64,000 nt of DNA. Origin: a virus (lineage: Duplodnaviria > Heunggongvirae > Uroviricota > Caudoviricetes). Position 1 is the first letter of the stretch. Each line of letters opens with the position of its first letter. Location of the stretch: IMG/VR virus record IMGVR_UViG_3300044504_000033, positions 10,103-74,102 of that record. The stretch is one strand, 5' to 3'. The notes under the pieces are model-generated. The model saw only the letters and a program-made list of their open reading frames with translations, made no database searches and had not been told where the DNA came from. This document shows, in pieces, positions 29,641 to 39,998 of this stretch. A program made the translations under genes and the position numbers.

Positions 29641-30014
29641 TATGAATTCTCACTGAATAGTTCAACCATTGTAACATAACCTGCGCTAACTACACCACCC
29701 ATCTTCCACACCTCACCGGCTATTGTCACGTCAGCGTAAGCGCTATAAGTAGGCAAGTCCTCTTGTTTGAAGAGCATGAAACGCTTCTTAGCCTGACGCA
29801 GCTCGGTCACAGCCTTAGCTCCACGTTTCCCAATTTCGTCTTTCAGAATAACAGCCCTAATAATAATTGGAGTGGCTGTTACTACGTTAGATGATTGGGT
29901 TGCAAAATCAAAAGAGGTTGCTGTCTTATTTGTGAAAGTAACATCTACGGCGAGGTCTTTCAGTTTGGTGAATGCCATCCTTATTGACTTCTTTACAAGG
30001 GCTTCGTATGACAT
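29640..30014 (-). CDS. head closure / head-tail joining protein (hypothetical)
   Basis: 124 aa, translationally coupled to neighbours. Confidence 0.35.
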   Translation of the reverse strand: MSYEALVKKSIRMAFTKLKDLAVDVTFTNKTATSFDFATQSSNVVTATPIIIRAVILKDEIGKRGAKAVTELRQAKKRFMLFKQEDLPTYSAYADVTIAGEVWKMGGVVSAGYVTMVELFSENS

Positions 30015-30493
30015 TAGTTACTCCTGTGCCAATTTCGGGTACCCTGGTTAACAAGTAGCGGTTTGATTATGTTACGTACGATTGCAGGTATCTTTGATGG
30101 ACTAAAGATAAAGTCCATCGCGATAGGCCCGACCTTGAGGCTCTGTAGACTTCCAGTATCATCAAGCAGACCATCATTCTCAAGGAGGTGATGCGCAAGC
30201 TCAAAAGAGCCAGCGATGATACGTGAAGACACAACAGAGCCATCTTGGTTGACCTTAAACCCTTTGCGAGGATCAAAATAAGTGCCTATACGGGGATGCG
30301 CCAGATCTTGAGATTCACTTGCGATAACACCACTCCAAGGTAACTCTTCGAATACTGAAGTGGCAGTTACAAGTGCTTTACCTTTATCGGTTTCACTTGC
30401 AACATCCCAAGCAGCAACATCCAAACGATCTGCGAAGTGGGCGTCAGCCTCAATCACAGTGCCGTAAGAGTTAACCCCTTTGGTAAGTGCCAT
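30014..30493 (-). CDS. head-tail connector/adaptor-like protein
   Basis: 159 aa immediately after the capsid gene; MALTKGVNSYGTV...ADAHF resembles gp6/gp15-type connector N-termini. Confidence 0.4.
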   Translation of the reverse strand: MALTKGVNSYGTVIEADAHFADRLDVAAWDVASETDKGKALVTATSVFEELPWSGVIASESQDLAHPRIGTYFDPRKGFKVNQDGSVVSSRIIAGSFELAHHLLENDGLLDDTGSLQSLKVGPIAMDFIFSPSKIPAIVRNIIKPLLVNQGTRNWHRSN

Positions 30494-30509
30494 AAGTGAT
30501 CTCCTCTAT

Positions 30510-31694
30510 TTAGGCATGGAATACGGGCAGAATACCCAAGCTCAGAGCCGAGGAAGCCTTACGTACCCACGTACCGGTCGTTGCGGCAAGAATGTCGGTA
30601 GCACCGGTAAGAACAGTCGGAGTTGCACTCTCAACAACGTAACCATACTCTGCATCACTCGGGAAAGCAATCTGAGAGCCAGCCCAGCTGTAACCTGCGG
30701 GAGCAAGCACATAACCCCAACGGTACCAGATGGAAGTCGTACCACCACCCTTGTAGGCAGCAGCTTGACGCTGAATCTCAACAGACTCAGGAACGGCCAG
30801 CGACTCCATAGCCAGAGCACCGGGAAGCGCAATAAAGGACGTCTTGGTACCGACAATGTCGACACCAGCACCAGTATTGATCTTGGTACGTTCAGCGGTG
30901 GAAAAGCCTTGGTTGGCACGAGTTTGGATGAGACGAAACTTACCCTGGAAGATGGTATTGAAAGTGATATTACCATCAGTTACACGATCGTCATCAACCA
31001 GATTGGCTGAACGAAGAGACGCAACAACTTCAGGTGAAGTGATCAGGTAGAAGTACTCAGGCTCGTAATCTTTGTAAGCCATACCGACAGCATTCAAGAA
31101 ACCTGCGGCACGTTGTGCACCCAGATTAGCGGCAGCGGCAGCAGTCACGAGAGCATTGGAACCGAGGTCGACATAGAAGCCATACTTGGAATCGGCAGGG
31201 TCATTGTCAAAGGTTTGGCCACCGAGACCGGTCGCACCGGAGCCTACAGCTGCACCATTGAGCATTTCGGAGAGAGCAACACCACGCAGCACGGCAAGAA
31301 TTGCATTATGCTCATCTTGTGCCTTGGTTTCGCCGAAGTCACGGCCAATCTTTGCCAGACCGTCTTCTTGGGTAACGACAGTCTGCATGTTCACCTTGGT
31401 GGCACCATGTGTACGGACGGTCTTGATGTAGTTCAGGAACTCGGAACTGTAGGTAGAGCCGGTGCCATCGGTGGAGTCGGTCAGTGACGCAACGTTGATG
31501 GTAGGGTTCATCGGCTTCTTCCAACGGAGTTGACCTACGAAGGTCTCAGTGTTGGTGTCGATGTCGGAGTTTCCACCGATGATGCCTGTGCCAGATAGTT
31601 TCTTGGCATTGGTGTAGGCTTCATCAGAGTAGGCACCGAGGGCTTCCTGCAAGACGTAGTTGGAAGCACCTGCGAGGTTTGTAATAGCGGGCAT
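30510..31694 (-). CDS. major capsid protein (HK97-fold, no protease, scaffold-dependent)
   Basis: 394 aa following a coiled-coil scaffold gene; composition typical of SPP1-type MCPs. Confidence 0.6.
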   Translation of the reverse strand: MPAITNLAGASNYVLQEALGAYSDEAYTNAKKLSGTGIIGGNSDIDTNTETFVGQLRWKKPMNPTINVASLTDSTDGTGSTYSSEFLNYIKTVRTHGATKVNMQTVVTQEDGLAKIGRDFGETKAQDEHNAILAVLRGVALSEMLNGAAVGSGATGLGGQTFDNDPADSKYGFYVDLGSNALVTAAAAANLGAQRAAGFLNAVGMAYKDYEPEYFYLITSPEVVASLRSANLVDDDRVTDGNITFNTIFQGKFRLIQTRANQGFSTAERTKINTGAGVDIVGTKTSFIALPGALAMESLAVPESVEIQRQAAAYKGGGTTSIWYRWGYVLAPAGYSWAGSQIAFPSDAEYGYVVESATPTVLTGATDILAATTGTWVRKASSALSLGILPVFHA

Positions 31695-31715
31695 TTGTTT
31701 GTTTCCTTGTAACTA

Positions 31716-32414
31716 TTATTTAGTGCGTAAGGTACCCGCTTCTGCTCGACGCAGCACTTCTGCTTGTGTCAATGCGAATACGGATTTACCAGCGTTAAGG
31801 TCGGCAGGTCCGTTTATCCTCGGATTACCTGGGCCTTGATTGATATTCGGTTTAAACATGAACTCATTTTCAGGATCTGCGGCGAATGCTACGATGTAGT
31901 CCTTGATACTGGTACCGGAGTTGTGGACCCATTGTCCATCTTCCTTTTGCACCAATTCACTGGTTATGTCGCGAAACGCACCATCTTGAGCTTTCTTATT
32001 ACGAAACTCGAGGGCAGACATTTCTTGGCGTACATCAATATCACGCGTAAGCTCAATATTGCGTTTAGCCAATACCTCATTACGTGCTTTCTCTTCTGCA
32101 AGCTGCAAATCATGTGCTTCTTTATCCTTTCCTTCTGCTTGCAAACGAGCGATTGTGGCATCTTTCTCTTTCTGCTCAAATTCAGCAATACGACGAAGTG
32201 CCTCGTCACGCCCTGCATAAGCCTTATCAAGCGAGTCTTTAATCGGAATCAGTGAAGCATCCACCTGAGCTTTTAAGGCTTCTTCAGGTGTCATGTCAGC
32301 GAGTTTCTGCTTAAGCTCTTCTTGAGCAGCTTCCAGAGCGGCTTTTTGTGTGATAAGTTCTTGTTGTTGGGCTTCAAGAGCTTCTTGAGCAGCTTTCAAT
32401 TCTTCTTCAGTCAT
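31716..32414 (-). CDS. scaffolding protein
   Basis: 232 aa, strongly alpha-helical A/E/K/Q-rich coiled coil (EELKAAQEALEAQQQELITQKAALEAAQEELKQ); positioned between the MuF-type protein and MCP. Confidence 0.55.
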   Translation of the reverse strand: MTEEELKAAQEALEAQQQELITQKAALEAAQEELKQKLADMTPEEALKAQVDASLIPIKDSLDKAYAGRDEALRRIAEFEQKEKDATIARLQAEGKDKEAHDLQLAEEKARNEVLAKRNIELTRDIDVRQEMSALEFRNKKAQDGAFRDITSELVQKEDGQWVHNSGTSIKDYIVAFAADPENEFMFKPNINQGPGNPRINGPADLNAGKSVFALTQAEVLRRAEAGTLRTK

Positions 32415-32507
32415 TACAATCTATCCTTCTTGAGCACAGCTCATTATGTTTGAGATACAATCTCGTGTAAAACAGGTGAGGCGTGTAATCAGGAGAAAAC
32501 ACACCTT

Positions 32508-32526
32508 GGGTTAATTTAACGGGGTC
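32508..32526. promoter_or_regulatory. class I motif site 3 (GGGTTAATTTAACGGGGTC) between MuF-RNAP gene and scaffold gene
   Basis: ~95 nt upstream of the scaffold start codon. Confidence 0.5.
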
Positions 32527-32529
32527 TGA

Positions 32530-35500
32530 CTAACCCACTCCGTACCATCCAAAATCATGTTTGAAACCTGTGGGAATTTCCTTAAGGATATCATCTCTCA
32601 TGAGAATGTCTGTATCTGTGAGTAGTTTTCCGTCAATACGTGAGCGGCCCACAACAGGAATCAGCCCTGTCTCAATCGCTTCATTTAAGTATCTGTCATA
32701 GATTTCACGAGGAAGACCTCTGGCAAGCATCTCATCAAGAGTCATCTTAATCACATTCTTCTCAAGGGCATTTGCATAAGACTGTCTCAAGGCTTGTCTT
32801 GCTTGCAGCATATCGGCAGCATTTGCGAAGAATGCATCATGGATAGTTGACGTGGGTATACCATTCTTAGAACCCCATAAGTGAAATTTCTTAACAAGGA
32901 CAGCATCATTAGAGTGGTTACCATTTACGGCAAATGCTGTACGTGCTTTAGTGGCATCCGCGATATCATTTATCTTCCCACTCTTATTAATAATAGCCTC
33001 CCAAGGAGATATTTCAGTCTTTTGAGGAACTTGGAGAATATTAGTTATCCATTTACCATCTCTATCTTTATAGACAAGTCTCGCTTCAAAGGTCTGTGTG
33101 AAGTTTTGCTCAATAATCTTTCCATCAAAGTTGACCCAGGGGACATTTGTCCAACTCTTAGGTAGCTTATTGGCAATCATGAACTCGATCTCGTTAAGGG
33201 TCTTCAACTGAGCAATCTCGACTTTGAGATATGTAGCACCTGTCCTTCTTGCCTCTGGGGATTTAACACCAAAGAGGATTTCAGATAGAGTGCTTTTCTT
33301 ATCCCACGCCGCAAACCGTCTGAGTATCTTCTCAGAGACAGGTTCACCGGCCTTAATACCTAGAATCTCACTGAGCGTATCAGAGAGTACATAACCCTTT
33401 CGTGAACCACCGAGTAGCTTAATCTTCGCAATAGATTTCCAATCAAATGCACTATTTGACGGTTTTGCGTTGATGAGAAACTCTTCCGCAAGTCGTCCGA
33501 AGAATTTTGTAAAGTGCTTAAGGATAGGCACTTGCTCAGCCAGGTGTTCACTCATAAGCTTAGCAATAGCTTTAAAGTCCTCTGGAGTGACCACCTTGTC
33601 GTAGTTTGCAGACATCTTTGTTACGAGGTCTTTAGTCTTTGAATCAAGGAAATAAAGTTGTTCCAAGATATCATCACCTGGATCTAGACCTTTATTGAAG
33701 ATATCCTTAACATTTTCTCTAAGGGCTCTCAGCTCAAGTGTAGTGTCAGGGTCAAACCTCTCATATCTTGCGATACGTGCAGATATCTCATTCAACACAG
33801 TATCTCTATCTGAAGCTCTAACAACAAGAGTGGCTGTGTCTTTATCAAGAATCTTCGCAAGTTTGCCCTCCACATTAAGGATACCTGTACGTTCACCCGC
33901 GCCATAGAAAGTCACCATATTCTGTGCTTTAGCGGCCTTTCTTAAGTCTTTTTCAGTGAGTCCCAGCTTCTCATTAAGCTTCTTGAAACGAGGGTCATTG
34001 TAGGTTGCAGCAGCAATCTCGTCGTACAGACGTTTCTTTTGTGTGGTGGGAATTACATTACTAAGTTCTGCGAGTTGCTTATTACGTGTTGTCAGAGCAA
34101 TAATTTGGGCACCTGACGACGACGCATCCTGTTCAAGCGCGAGTGCCGTCTTATACTTATTCATCAATGTTAAGTTTGTGTAATCCCCTCTCAGATGAGC
34201 GTCAATCTTGGCAGATTCGAGAGCGAACCTGTAGAACTTACCAAGCTCCTCCCCCTCAATCATCGATGCTACAGGACTGTCGAGAATAGCTCGGATATCC
34301 CCAGGCTTACCTCTCAACATATGATTACCAATCTTCACCATCTCAGAGCGCCACTTGTCAGCTATTTTTTGTCGACCCGTGAAACTGAGAGAATTGTATG
34401 GCCCTTCGAAGGTATCATTCAGACCACCAAGGAAAGCACCTATCTGATCTTGAAGATTAAGGTAACCAGTCTCACCCAGTACCTTGCTGGCTTCCGTACT
34501 GAGAAATGGTCTGAATGTTTCACCTGATTGAGGGCTTATTAGACCCCTGTCATAGATACGTGCACGGTGATCGATAAATGGGTGATTACTGAACGTACTA
34601 TTCTTTGTACGTAACCATTCCATAGCCTTAAAGCGCTCATAAGAATCCCCACGAGATGTTATGTAATGACGGTACTCGTTTAGATTATTATAGTACTTAG
34701 CCTTTCCTTTATCATCCTGGAAGTCCAATAATTTCATCGTGAAATCGTAAAAGTCATCATCAACTCTGTATTTGGTCTTTGAAGCCCAGTTAAGTGCATT
34801 CACCATATCAGCATCAATAAAACCTTCGGGAAAATCACTGAAACTTGAAGTCGAGGTGATTGGAATACGAGTATCTTCGTAGCCAAGGAGACCACGGTCA
34901 ATGAAGTATGTCTTGTATCCTTTACGAAACACGAGACGATTCTCATCACTTACCACACTAACACGCAACCCTAATTCAACCTTACGAGTCAACTGGGAGT
35001 ATTTCTGAATCCTCGGGTCGGTTATCCTCAGGTTATATGAGAAGGTATCGTAGTAAGGGCCAAATAGAGCACCACTCATGCGACTTTTCATTCGACGCTT
35101 TTGAACACCATAGGTCTCAAGATTAAAGAACTGATTATTTGAGTTAAGAATATCAGAACCTAGAGTAAACCATTGGCGTCGTGTTCCATTCATGCTGGAC
35201 ATATTGTATAAATCACGTCCTAACATTGCAGCTAATTGGTCGAAGTCAGGAGAATCAGCGAGACTGAGTCTATGCGCAAATCGTAAGTAGAATTGTTGGA
35301 GGTCTTGGTCAGATAGCCTGAGTCTGAGCTTGACTGGGAGATGCTTGTCAAAAGTATCACGCAACTCACGCGCTATCTTCGGAGCTACACTATCTTCCCA
35401 TTTATTCTTCTCATAGATATTCTTGATGAAGTTGTCATGTAAGTCTTGTAATTGAACGGGACCAAGAACAGGGTCTATGTAGTTATCTTGTTTGAGTTTT

Positions 35501-37143
35501 TTGAGTAAGTCAGAGTCACGCCTCAGAGTCGTCTCAATGAAGTCGGAAGTGTTCATCACATCATACTTAATTTGGGCCTGTGACACTGCCTTAAAGTTAA
35601 TCCAAGGAGCTGGGTTCTCACGATATCTTGTAAAAAGTATCCGCAAATTATCTGCAACCACAGCTCTCTCGTTCACACTCATCTTACCCTCAAGACTGGT
35701 CATGAATGTCTTGATGAACTCTTTATCAGCAGTCTTAAGGACAGCACTCTCTTCAGTTAGTCTGAGGTTATTTGCAAGAGCACCTGGAGATGGTTGAAAG
35801 AGACGAGCATCATCATACTTCCCCGTCACGGGGTTGAATACCATTTGGTCTTCCCGAGGCAGTGTCTGGACAACGCGTCGTTTAGCTTGTCGCTTAGTCC
35901 CTATCAGGTTGCCCCGATAGTTAGTGAGAGATAGTGTACCGTCAAGCTCTCGCGTCTGAAGTATGTAATAGTCTTTCAGCGTCTGTCTCATCTTAGCGTC
36001 AGTAAAGAAGTCTTCAGGGGACGCAGCACCAAGTTGCATTGCATTTAGCTTATCCTTAGCTACAGCAAACTTATGAGTATTTCCTGGAGTCGTGTAAGAA
36101 GAGTCAGATAACTGGCGTAGTTCTCGAATACCTATCGAGTTACCCTCTGCATTGGTAAATTTAGAAATTGGCATCATACCACCTCTAAATAACTCAAGCT
36201 TCTGATAGTCTCCAAGATGTCTTAATTGAGTTGGCTTGTCTTGGCGCATCAGCCAATCGTTATAGGTCTCACGGAGTGGTGTCTGACCGTCATAAAATGC
36301 CTTCTGCTTATCGCTCAAACGACTCAGGTTACGACGTCTAACATGAGCAACACCTTCAAGATTTGATAAGTCATTCCATGCTTTAACGACAGGAGTAGTT
36401 GTCGAGCGGCAACCCCAGTGTGCCGGTGGCAGATGCTCGGTGTCCCCGATGGCGTAGATATGGGCGTCGCGGTGGATACAGATGTCCGTCGTGTAGGAGT
36501 CCATGATGGACACGTATTGCCAGCCGAGGAGAGCGGGTTCGTTGGCTGCGTAGACCTCATGGTCAGCTTGGGCATATATGCTTGTGATTGCAGTAGTTGT
36601 GAGCGTTCTAGCTCGGTTTCGGGTGATCCTATGGATCTTACCCTTACGAACATCCAAAGCGATTTGTTCTAAGCTGTCACCCTTAGCGACACCCTTTCTT
36701 ATTACAGTCTCTATAAGTTTCCTCTCGTTAACAGCGAGACCTGCCCAGCCTTGTGACAAAGTTCTATCCTTGTATAAGGGCTTGACGAGAACTAAATCTT
36801 CAGCTACACGTCGTGAGGGTCTCTGTGTCTTCCAGATACGCCCTATCGAATTCTCTATAGTCTGGTACGTGTATGACACTTGGTCTGCGACGAAACCTAG
36901 AAGAGAAGTCTTGCTTACATTATAAGCTTCCGTGATAGAGTTTTGTATCTCAACATCAATGGCGTCTCTCAGCAGTCTGAAGCCTTTATCAGACTTACTT
37001 GCATTGCGAATGAGGGCGTCGACACGAAGCCGATGGCCGTCAAAAACAACTTCTACCTTACCGTGTAGTCTACGTTCGTAGAGCTTTATCATCCCTGCTC
37101 TGTCGACTGCTCGGTCATAAATTTGTGTGTTACTGTTAATCAT
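32530..37143 (-). CDS. fusion protein: N-terminal MuF / SPP1 gp7-like minor head (portal-associated) domain + C-terminal T7-like single-subunit RNA polymerase domain (putative virion RNAP)
   Basis: MuF signature LLGWQYVSIMDSYTTDICIHRDAHIYAIGD...LPPAHWGCRSTTTPV near residue 200-250. RNAP motif A ALALEQDASSSGAQIIALTTRN, motif B RKAAKAQNMVTFYGAGERTG, motif C STIHDAFFANAADMLQARQALR in the last 500 aa. Gene lies between portal and scaffold as SPP1 gp7 does. Confidence 0.75.
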   Translation of the reverse strand: MINSNTQIYDRAVDRAGMIKLYERRLHGKVEVVFDGHRLRVDALIRNASKSDKGFRLLRDAIDVEIQNSITEAYNVSKTSLLGFVADQVSYTYQTIENSIGRIWKTQRPSRRVAEDLVLVKPLYKDRTLSQGWAGLAVNERKLIETVIRKGVAKGDSLEQIALDVRKGKIHRITRNRARTLTTTAITSIYAQADHEVYAANEPALLGWQYVSIMDSYTTDICIHRDAHIYAIGDTEHLPPAHWGCRSTTTPVVKAWNDLSNLEGVAHVRRRNLSRLSDKQKAFYDGQTPLRETYNDWLMRQDKPTQLRHLGDYQKLELFRGGMMPISKFTNAEGNSIGIRELRQLSDSSYTTPGNTHKFAVAKDKLNAMQLGAASPEDFFTDAKMRQTLKDYYILQTRELDGTLSLTNYRGNLIGTKRQAKRRVVQTLPREDQMVFNPVTGKYDDARLFQPSPGALANNLRLTEESAVLKTADKEFIKTFMTSLEGKMSVNERAVVADNLRILFTRYRENPAPWINFKAVSQAQIKYDVMNTSDFIETTLRRDSDLLKKLKQDNYIDPVLGPVQLQDLHDNFIKNIYEKNKWEDSVAPKIARELRDTFDKHLPVKLRLRLSDQDLQQFYLRFAHRLSLADSPDFDQLAAMLGRDLYNMSSMNGTRRQWFTLGSDILNSNNQFFNLETYGVQKRRMKSRMSGALFGPYYDTFSYNLRITDPRIQKYSQLTRKVELGLRVSVVSDENRLVFRKGYKTYFIDRGLLGYEDTRIPITSTSSFSDFPEGFIDADMVNALNWASKTKYRVDDDFYDFTMKLLDFQDDKGKAKYYNNLNEYRHYITSRGDSYERFKAMEWLRTKNSTFSNHPFIDHRARIYDRGLISPQSGETFRPFLSTEASKVLGETGYLNLQDQIGAFLGGLNDTFEGPYNSLSFTGRQKIADKWRSEMVKIGNHMLRGKPGDIRAILDSPVASMIEGEELGKFYRFALESAKIDAHLRGDYTNLTLMNKYKTALALEQDASSSGAQIIALTTRNKQLAELSNVIPTTQKKRLYDEIAAATYNDPRFKKLNEKLGLTEKDLRKAAKAQNMVTFYGAGERTGILNVEGKLAKILDKDTATLVVRASDRDTVLNEISARIARYERFDPDTTLELRALRENVKDIFNKGLDPGDDILEQLYFLDSKTKDLVTKMSANYDKVVTPEDFKAIAKLMSEHLAEQVPILKHFTKFFGRLAEEFLINAKPSNSAFDWKSIAKIKLLGGSRKGYVLSDTLSEILGIKAGEPVSEKILRRFAAWDKKSTLSEILFGVKSPEARRTGATYLKVEIAQLKTLNEIEFMIANKLPKSWTNVPWVNFDGKIIEQNFTQTFEARLVYKDRDGKWITNILQVPQKTEISPWEAIINKSGKINDIADATKARTAFAVNGNHSNDAVLVKKFHLWGSKNGIPTSTIHDAFFANAADMLQARQALRQSYANALEKNVIKMTLDEMLARGLPREIYDRYLNEAIETGLIPVVGRSRIDGKLLTDTDILMRDDILKEIPTGFKHDFGWYGVG

Positions 37144-37152
37144 ACAAACCCC

Positions 37153-37551
37153 CTAAACGACTCTCTTAATTCGGAAGAAGAACCTTTGGAAAGGATTTGT
37201 AAACTGGAATAACCAAGATTCTAAACTTCGATTGAATTCTGAACGAATCCCCGAATGATCAGACAAGTGAATTGTACGGATTGCATAATACTCAAGTTTC
37301 GTAGCTCTGTAACCTAATGTTGTCTCGTATAAAAGACCTGTAGAAACCTCACGATTGACATAGTGGAGGATTGGCATACTATCTTCGATATAGATGACTT
37401 CAACAACTTCAAACCCCTCATTTGTACGACTAAACTCAACTGCATTATCAAAACATTTATAGTTGAACAGTCCAGCCTTTGGGAGTACATCCACCATAGT
37501 GTATCTTGAACGGACATGCATAATGATGCGATTGTATATTTTCTGTTTCAT
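37153..37551 (-). CDS. hypothetical protein (132 aa) between portal and MuF-RNAP
   Basis: ORF in the head module. Confidence 0.4.
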   Translation of the reverse strand: MKQKIYNRIIMHVRSRYTMVDVLPKAGLFNYKCFDNAVEFSRTNEGFEVVEVIYIEDSMPILHYVNREVSTGLLYETTLGYRATKLEYYAIRTIHLSDHSGIRSEFNRSLESWLFQFTNPFQRFFFRIKRVV

Positions 37552-37625
37552 CGGTTATCTTGCCTTAACTAATAAGGATACAAAAGAATAATCCCGGAAG
37601 ATTCTTTTTCCGGGATGTGTGTTTG

Positions 37626-39206
37626 TTACTTAGGCTCAAGCTTGTTTGCGAAATCTGAAGTGCCCTTGTCACCCGCCTTAGGGAGCAACAAGTCATCACC
37701 ATTGATTTCTTTTGTACCCTCCTCATCATCGTAATCGGGGGCAATCATATCATTATGCTTAAGGATCTGCAGCCAAATAGAGCGAGGAATAAGACCTTCT
37801 TGATACCATTCTGTGGCTAGTCGCAACCAGTCAGCTCCCAGAGGTATTGGGTTGAAGTCTGAAGAGAGTTTAAAGTCAATGTCGGATTCAGTCAATGTGA
37901 GCTTGTAACGCCAATTAAGCATCATCACAACGACTTGTTTCATCGTATCACTGATCTTCGTATTCAGAGTTCCCAATTGTGCAGTTTGGGCAGCATTGCG
38001 TATCTCAAGTGCAACCCCAGATTGTGCAGATTCAGGACTTAGCATACGTAGGCCAAGTTTAGCCATCTCTTCAATAGAGCTTGCGATTGCTCTGTCCATG
38101 TCTTGCAGAGCATCCGTCGGTGTTTTTAGACAATCAACAGAATCACCTCTACGCAAGCGTATCCATGTTCCGAGTCCGCCTGAAACAACGTCGTCAAAGT
38201 CATCATCAGTCATGTCAGACATGATAACAGGGGTGTACGTGGCTGCACCATAGAGCAAATGGTTACGACGGCTCATCTTGTTGTATAGCGCAATCTCCTT
38301 ATCGATGATCGCGGAGAGGAGGGGTGCCGCTACATCAAAATTACCGTTAAGAGGCCACGCAGGGATATACGCAAGCCGCTTACCATTCATCATAATCTCG
38401 GTGAAAGGACTGACTGTAGTATCCTCCTCAAATCCTTCGGGGGCATCCCCTGGATTTAAATACTGGACACCGTTGACGATAGGTGCATTTGACACTACGC
38501 GCTTGCTATGATACGTACGTATTTGGTAGAATCCAGCTTCATCCAACTCATGGACCCATACAGTGTCCCTTAAGGTTGGGTGGTACTCACCCACTTCAAG
38601 AACCTCTTCGTAACCACGTAACACTACATACTTAAGGTGCTCTTTCCCATTTACGCCAGGGGCTGTGCTCCAGTTAATGACAGTATCCGCAGACCAGAGA
38701 GTCGCATATGGACAAATAGCGAGACGCTCTTCACTTGAAAGATCTTCCGGGCTAGCTACATGTGGGTAACTTACATGAAGCCACCCACGACTGGTTTGGA
38801 TCTCTTCGGTAAGAGCCTTATCGAGCCATGAAGTAATAGAAGTGCCGTCTTGCGAGAACGAATTCATAATCCAGTCGGCAGCCCCTTCTGGAACACCCTC
38901 AGGTAATGTGAGAACCGGTTGCTTTCGTAAGAGACCTCCTACAAGCATCTTTGCGAATTGTGCAGTAATGCCAGGAAGTTCAGCCTCAGCCTTGTAGAAG
39001 TTGTATTGCTCCTGTGTCATTGAAGGTGAGAACGGAATAAGTAAGTTAGTGAAGGTATTTACATCGAGTTCACCATCGAACTCTTTAACATAACGCTCAC
39101 CATTACACATAGCCCTGCTGATATCCCAGAGGCGCTTTACAGATTCATACTGGGCATTGGGGCTGGCTACCGTCTTTGTTGTTTTGGCAGCGTTAGCTAC
39201 AGACAT
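37626..39206 (-). CDS. portal protein
   Basis: 526 aa, position immediately upstream of the MuF-type gene; acidic C-terminus. Confidence 0.6.
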   Translation of the reverse strand: MSVANAAKTTKTVASPNAQYESVKRLWDISRAMCNGERYVKEFDGELDVNTFTNLLIPFSPSMTQEQYNFYKAEAELPGITAQFAKMLVGGLLRKQPVLTLPEGVPEGAADWIMNSFSQDGTSITSWLDKALTEEIQTSRGWLHVSYPHVASPEDLSSEERLAICPYATLWSADTVINWSTAPGVNGKEHLKYVVLRGYEEVLEVGEYHPTLRDTVWVHELDEAGFYQIRTYHSKRVVSNAPIVNGVQYLNPGDAPEGFEEDTTVSPFTEIMMNGKRLAYIPAWPLNGNFDVAAPLLSAIIDKEIALYNKMSRRNHLLYGAATYTPVIMSDMTDDDFDDVVSGGLGTWIRLRRGDSVDCLKTPTDALQDMDRAIASSIEEMAKLGLRMLSPESAQSGVALEIRNAAQTAQLGTLNTKISDTMKQVVVMMLNWRYKLTLTESDIDFKLSSDFNPIPLGADWLRLATEWYQEGLIPRSIWLQILKHNDMIAPDYDDEEGTKEINGDDLLLPKAGDKGTSDFANKLEPK

Positions 39207-39207
39207 A

Positions 39208-39534
39208 TTAGCCTCTCAGTTTAAGATTAAAGTCCGCGATGGAACCGACGAAGTTTACCTGTGTATGCCGATTAACGGCACGAATACCCTCACCCTCTAC
39301 ATTAATAACCCAATTCGAAGGAACACGGTCAAAAGGCGCAGTGCCAACGATTGTGTCGGGGGTTAGGTCAAGTACCGTGTCAACGATTGGCTCAACGATT
39401 ATGTCGGAGGTTAGGTCAAGTACCGTGTCAACACCCGATTCTGTGGGGCTTAAGCCCAACACACCGATGGATGCTACGTCTGATGGTGAAATTGATGCAT
39501 TGTGTGTATTGTGTGTATTTGATGACGATCCCAT
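39208..39534 (-). CDS. hypothetical protein with internal VDTVLDLT(S/P)D repeat
   Basis: 108 aa; 48-bp direct repeat at ~39361 and ~39409. Confidence 0.35.
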   Translation of the reverse strand: MGSSSNTHNTHNASISPSDVASIGVLGLSPTESGVDTVLDLTSDIIVEPIVDTVLDLTPDTIVGTAPFDRVPSNWVINVEGEGIRAVNRHTQVNFVGSIADFNLKLRG

Positions 39535-39535
39535 T

Positions 39536-39943
39536 TTATTTCTCTCTTAATTCGATTTGTTTGACGATTTCATCAACGGATACTTGATGTATTTTATTGG
39601 TGTTTTGGTTTCCCATCCATGTGATAAAGCCTGTCGTGAAGGTTACGGCAGAGATTACAAGAAAGGCGTATAGTTTAAGGTCAGTCTTCTTAACGAATGT
39701 CGTATGATACTCCCTATGATTTACACTCATCTCGGCCCTTAAGTTAGCTTCAGTCTGACGTCTCTCGTTGGAACCATTTTCAATAGCAGCCATAAGTTTG
39801 ACGTAGTTACCACGCTCACCTGCCATACGTTCAAGTATGTCTTCTCTTAAACTCATTAATGAAGTTTCGACACCTTCGAGACGTATCTTGATTGATTGCT
39901 CGGCAAGCATCCTATTTACTTCTTCTTCAGTGTAATCGGGCAT
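39536..39943 (-). CDS. membrane protein (C-terminal TM), coiled-coil N-terminus
   Basis: 135 aa; LYAFLVISAVTFTTGFITWMG. Confidence 0.35.
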   Translation of the reverse strand: MPDYTEEEVNRMLAEQSIKIRLEGVETSLMSLREDILERMAGERGNYVKLMAAIENGSNERRQTEANLRAEMSVNHREYHTTFVKKTDLKLYAFLVISAVTFTTGFITWMGNQNTNKIHQVSVDEIVKQIELREK

Positions 39944-39998
39944 GATCTTTCCAGGGTTATTATTGATGTTGTCCTAAGATCGTTTAGGGTTGATTTCC

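Noticed and set aside
30542-30976. 144-aa alternative-frame minus ORF inside the major capsid gene (and 31339-31524, 5176-5364, 3706-3909, 27734-27955 similar)
   Set aside because: These are same-strand out-of-frame ORFs nested in genes with better length, context and composition; treated as artefacts.
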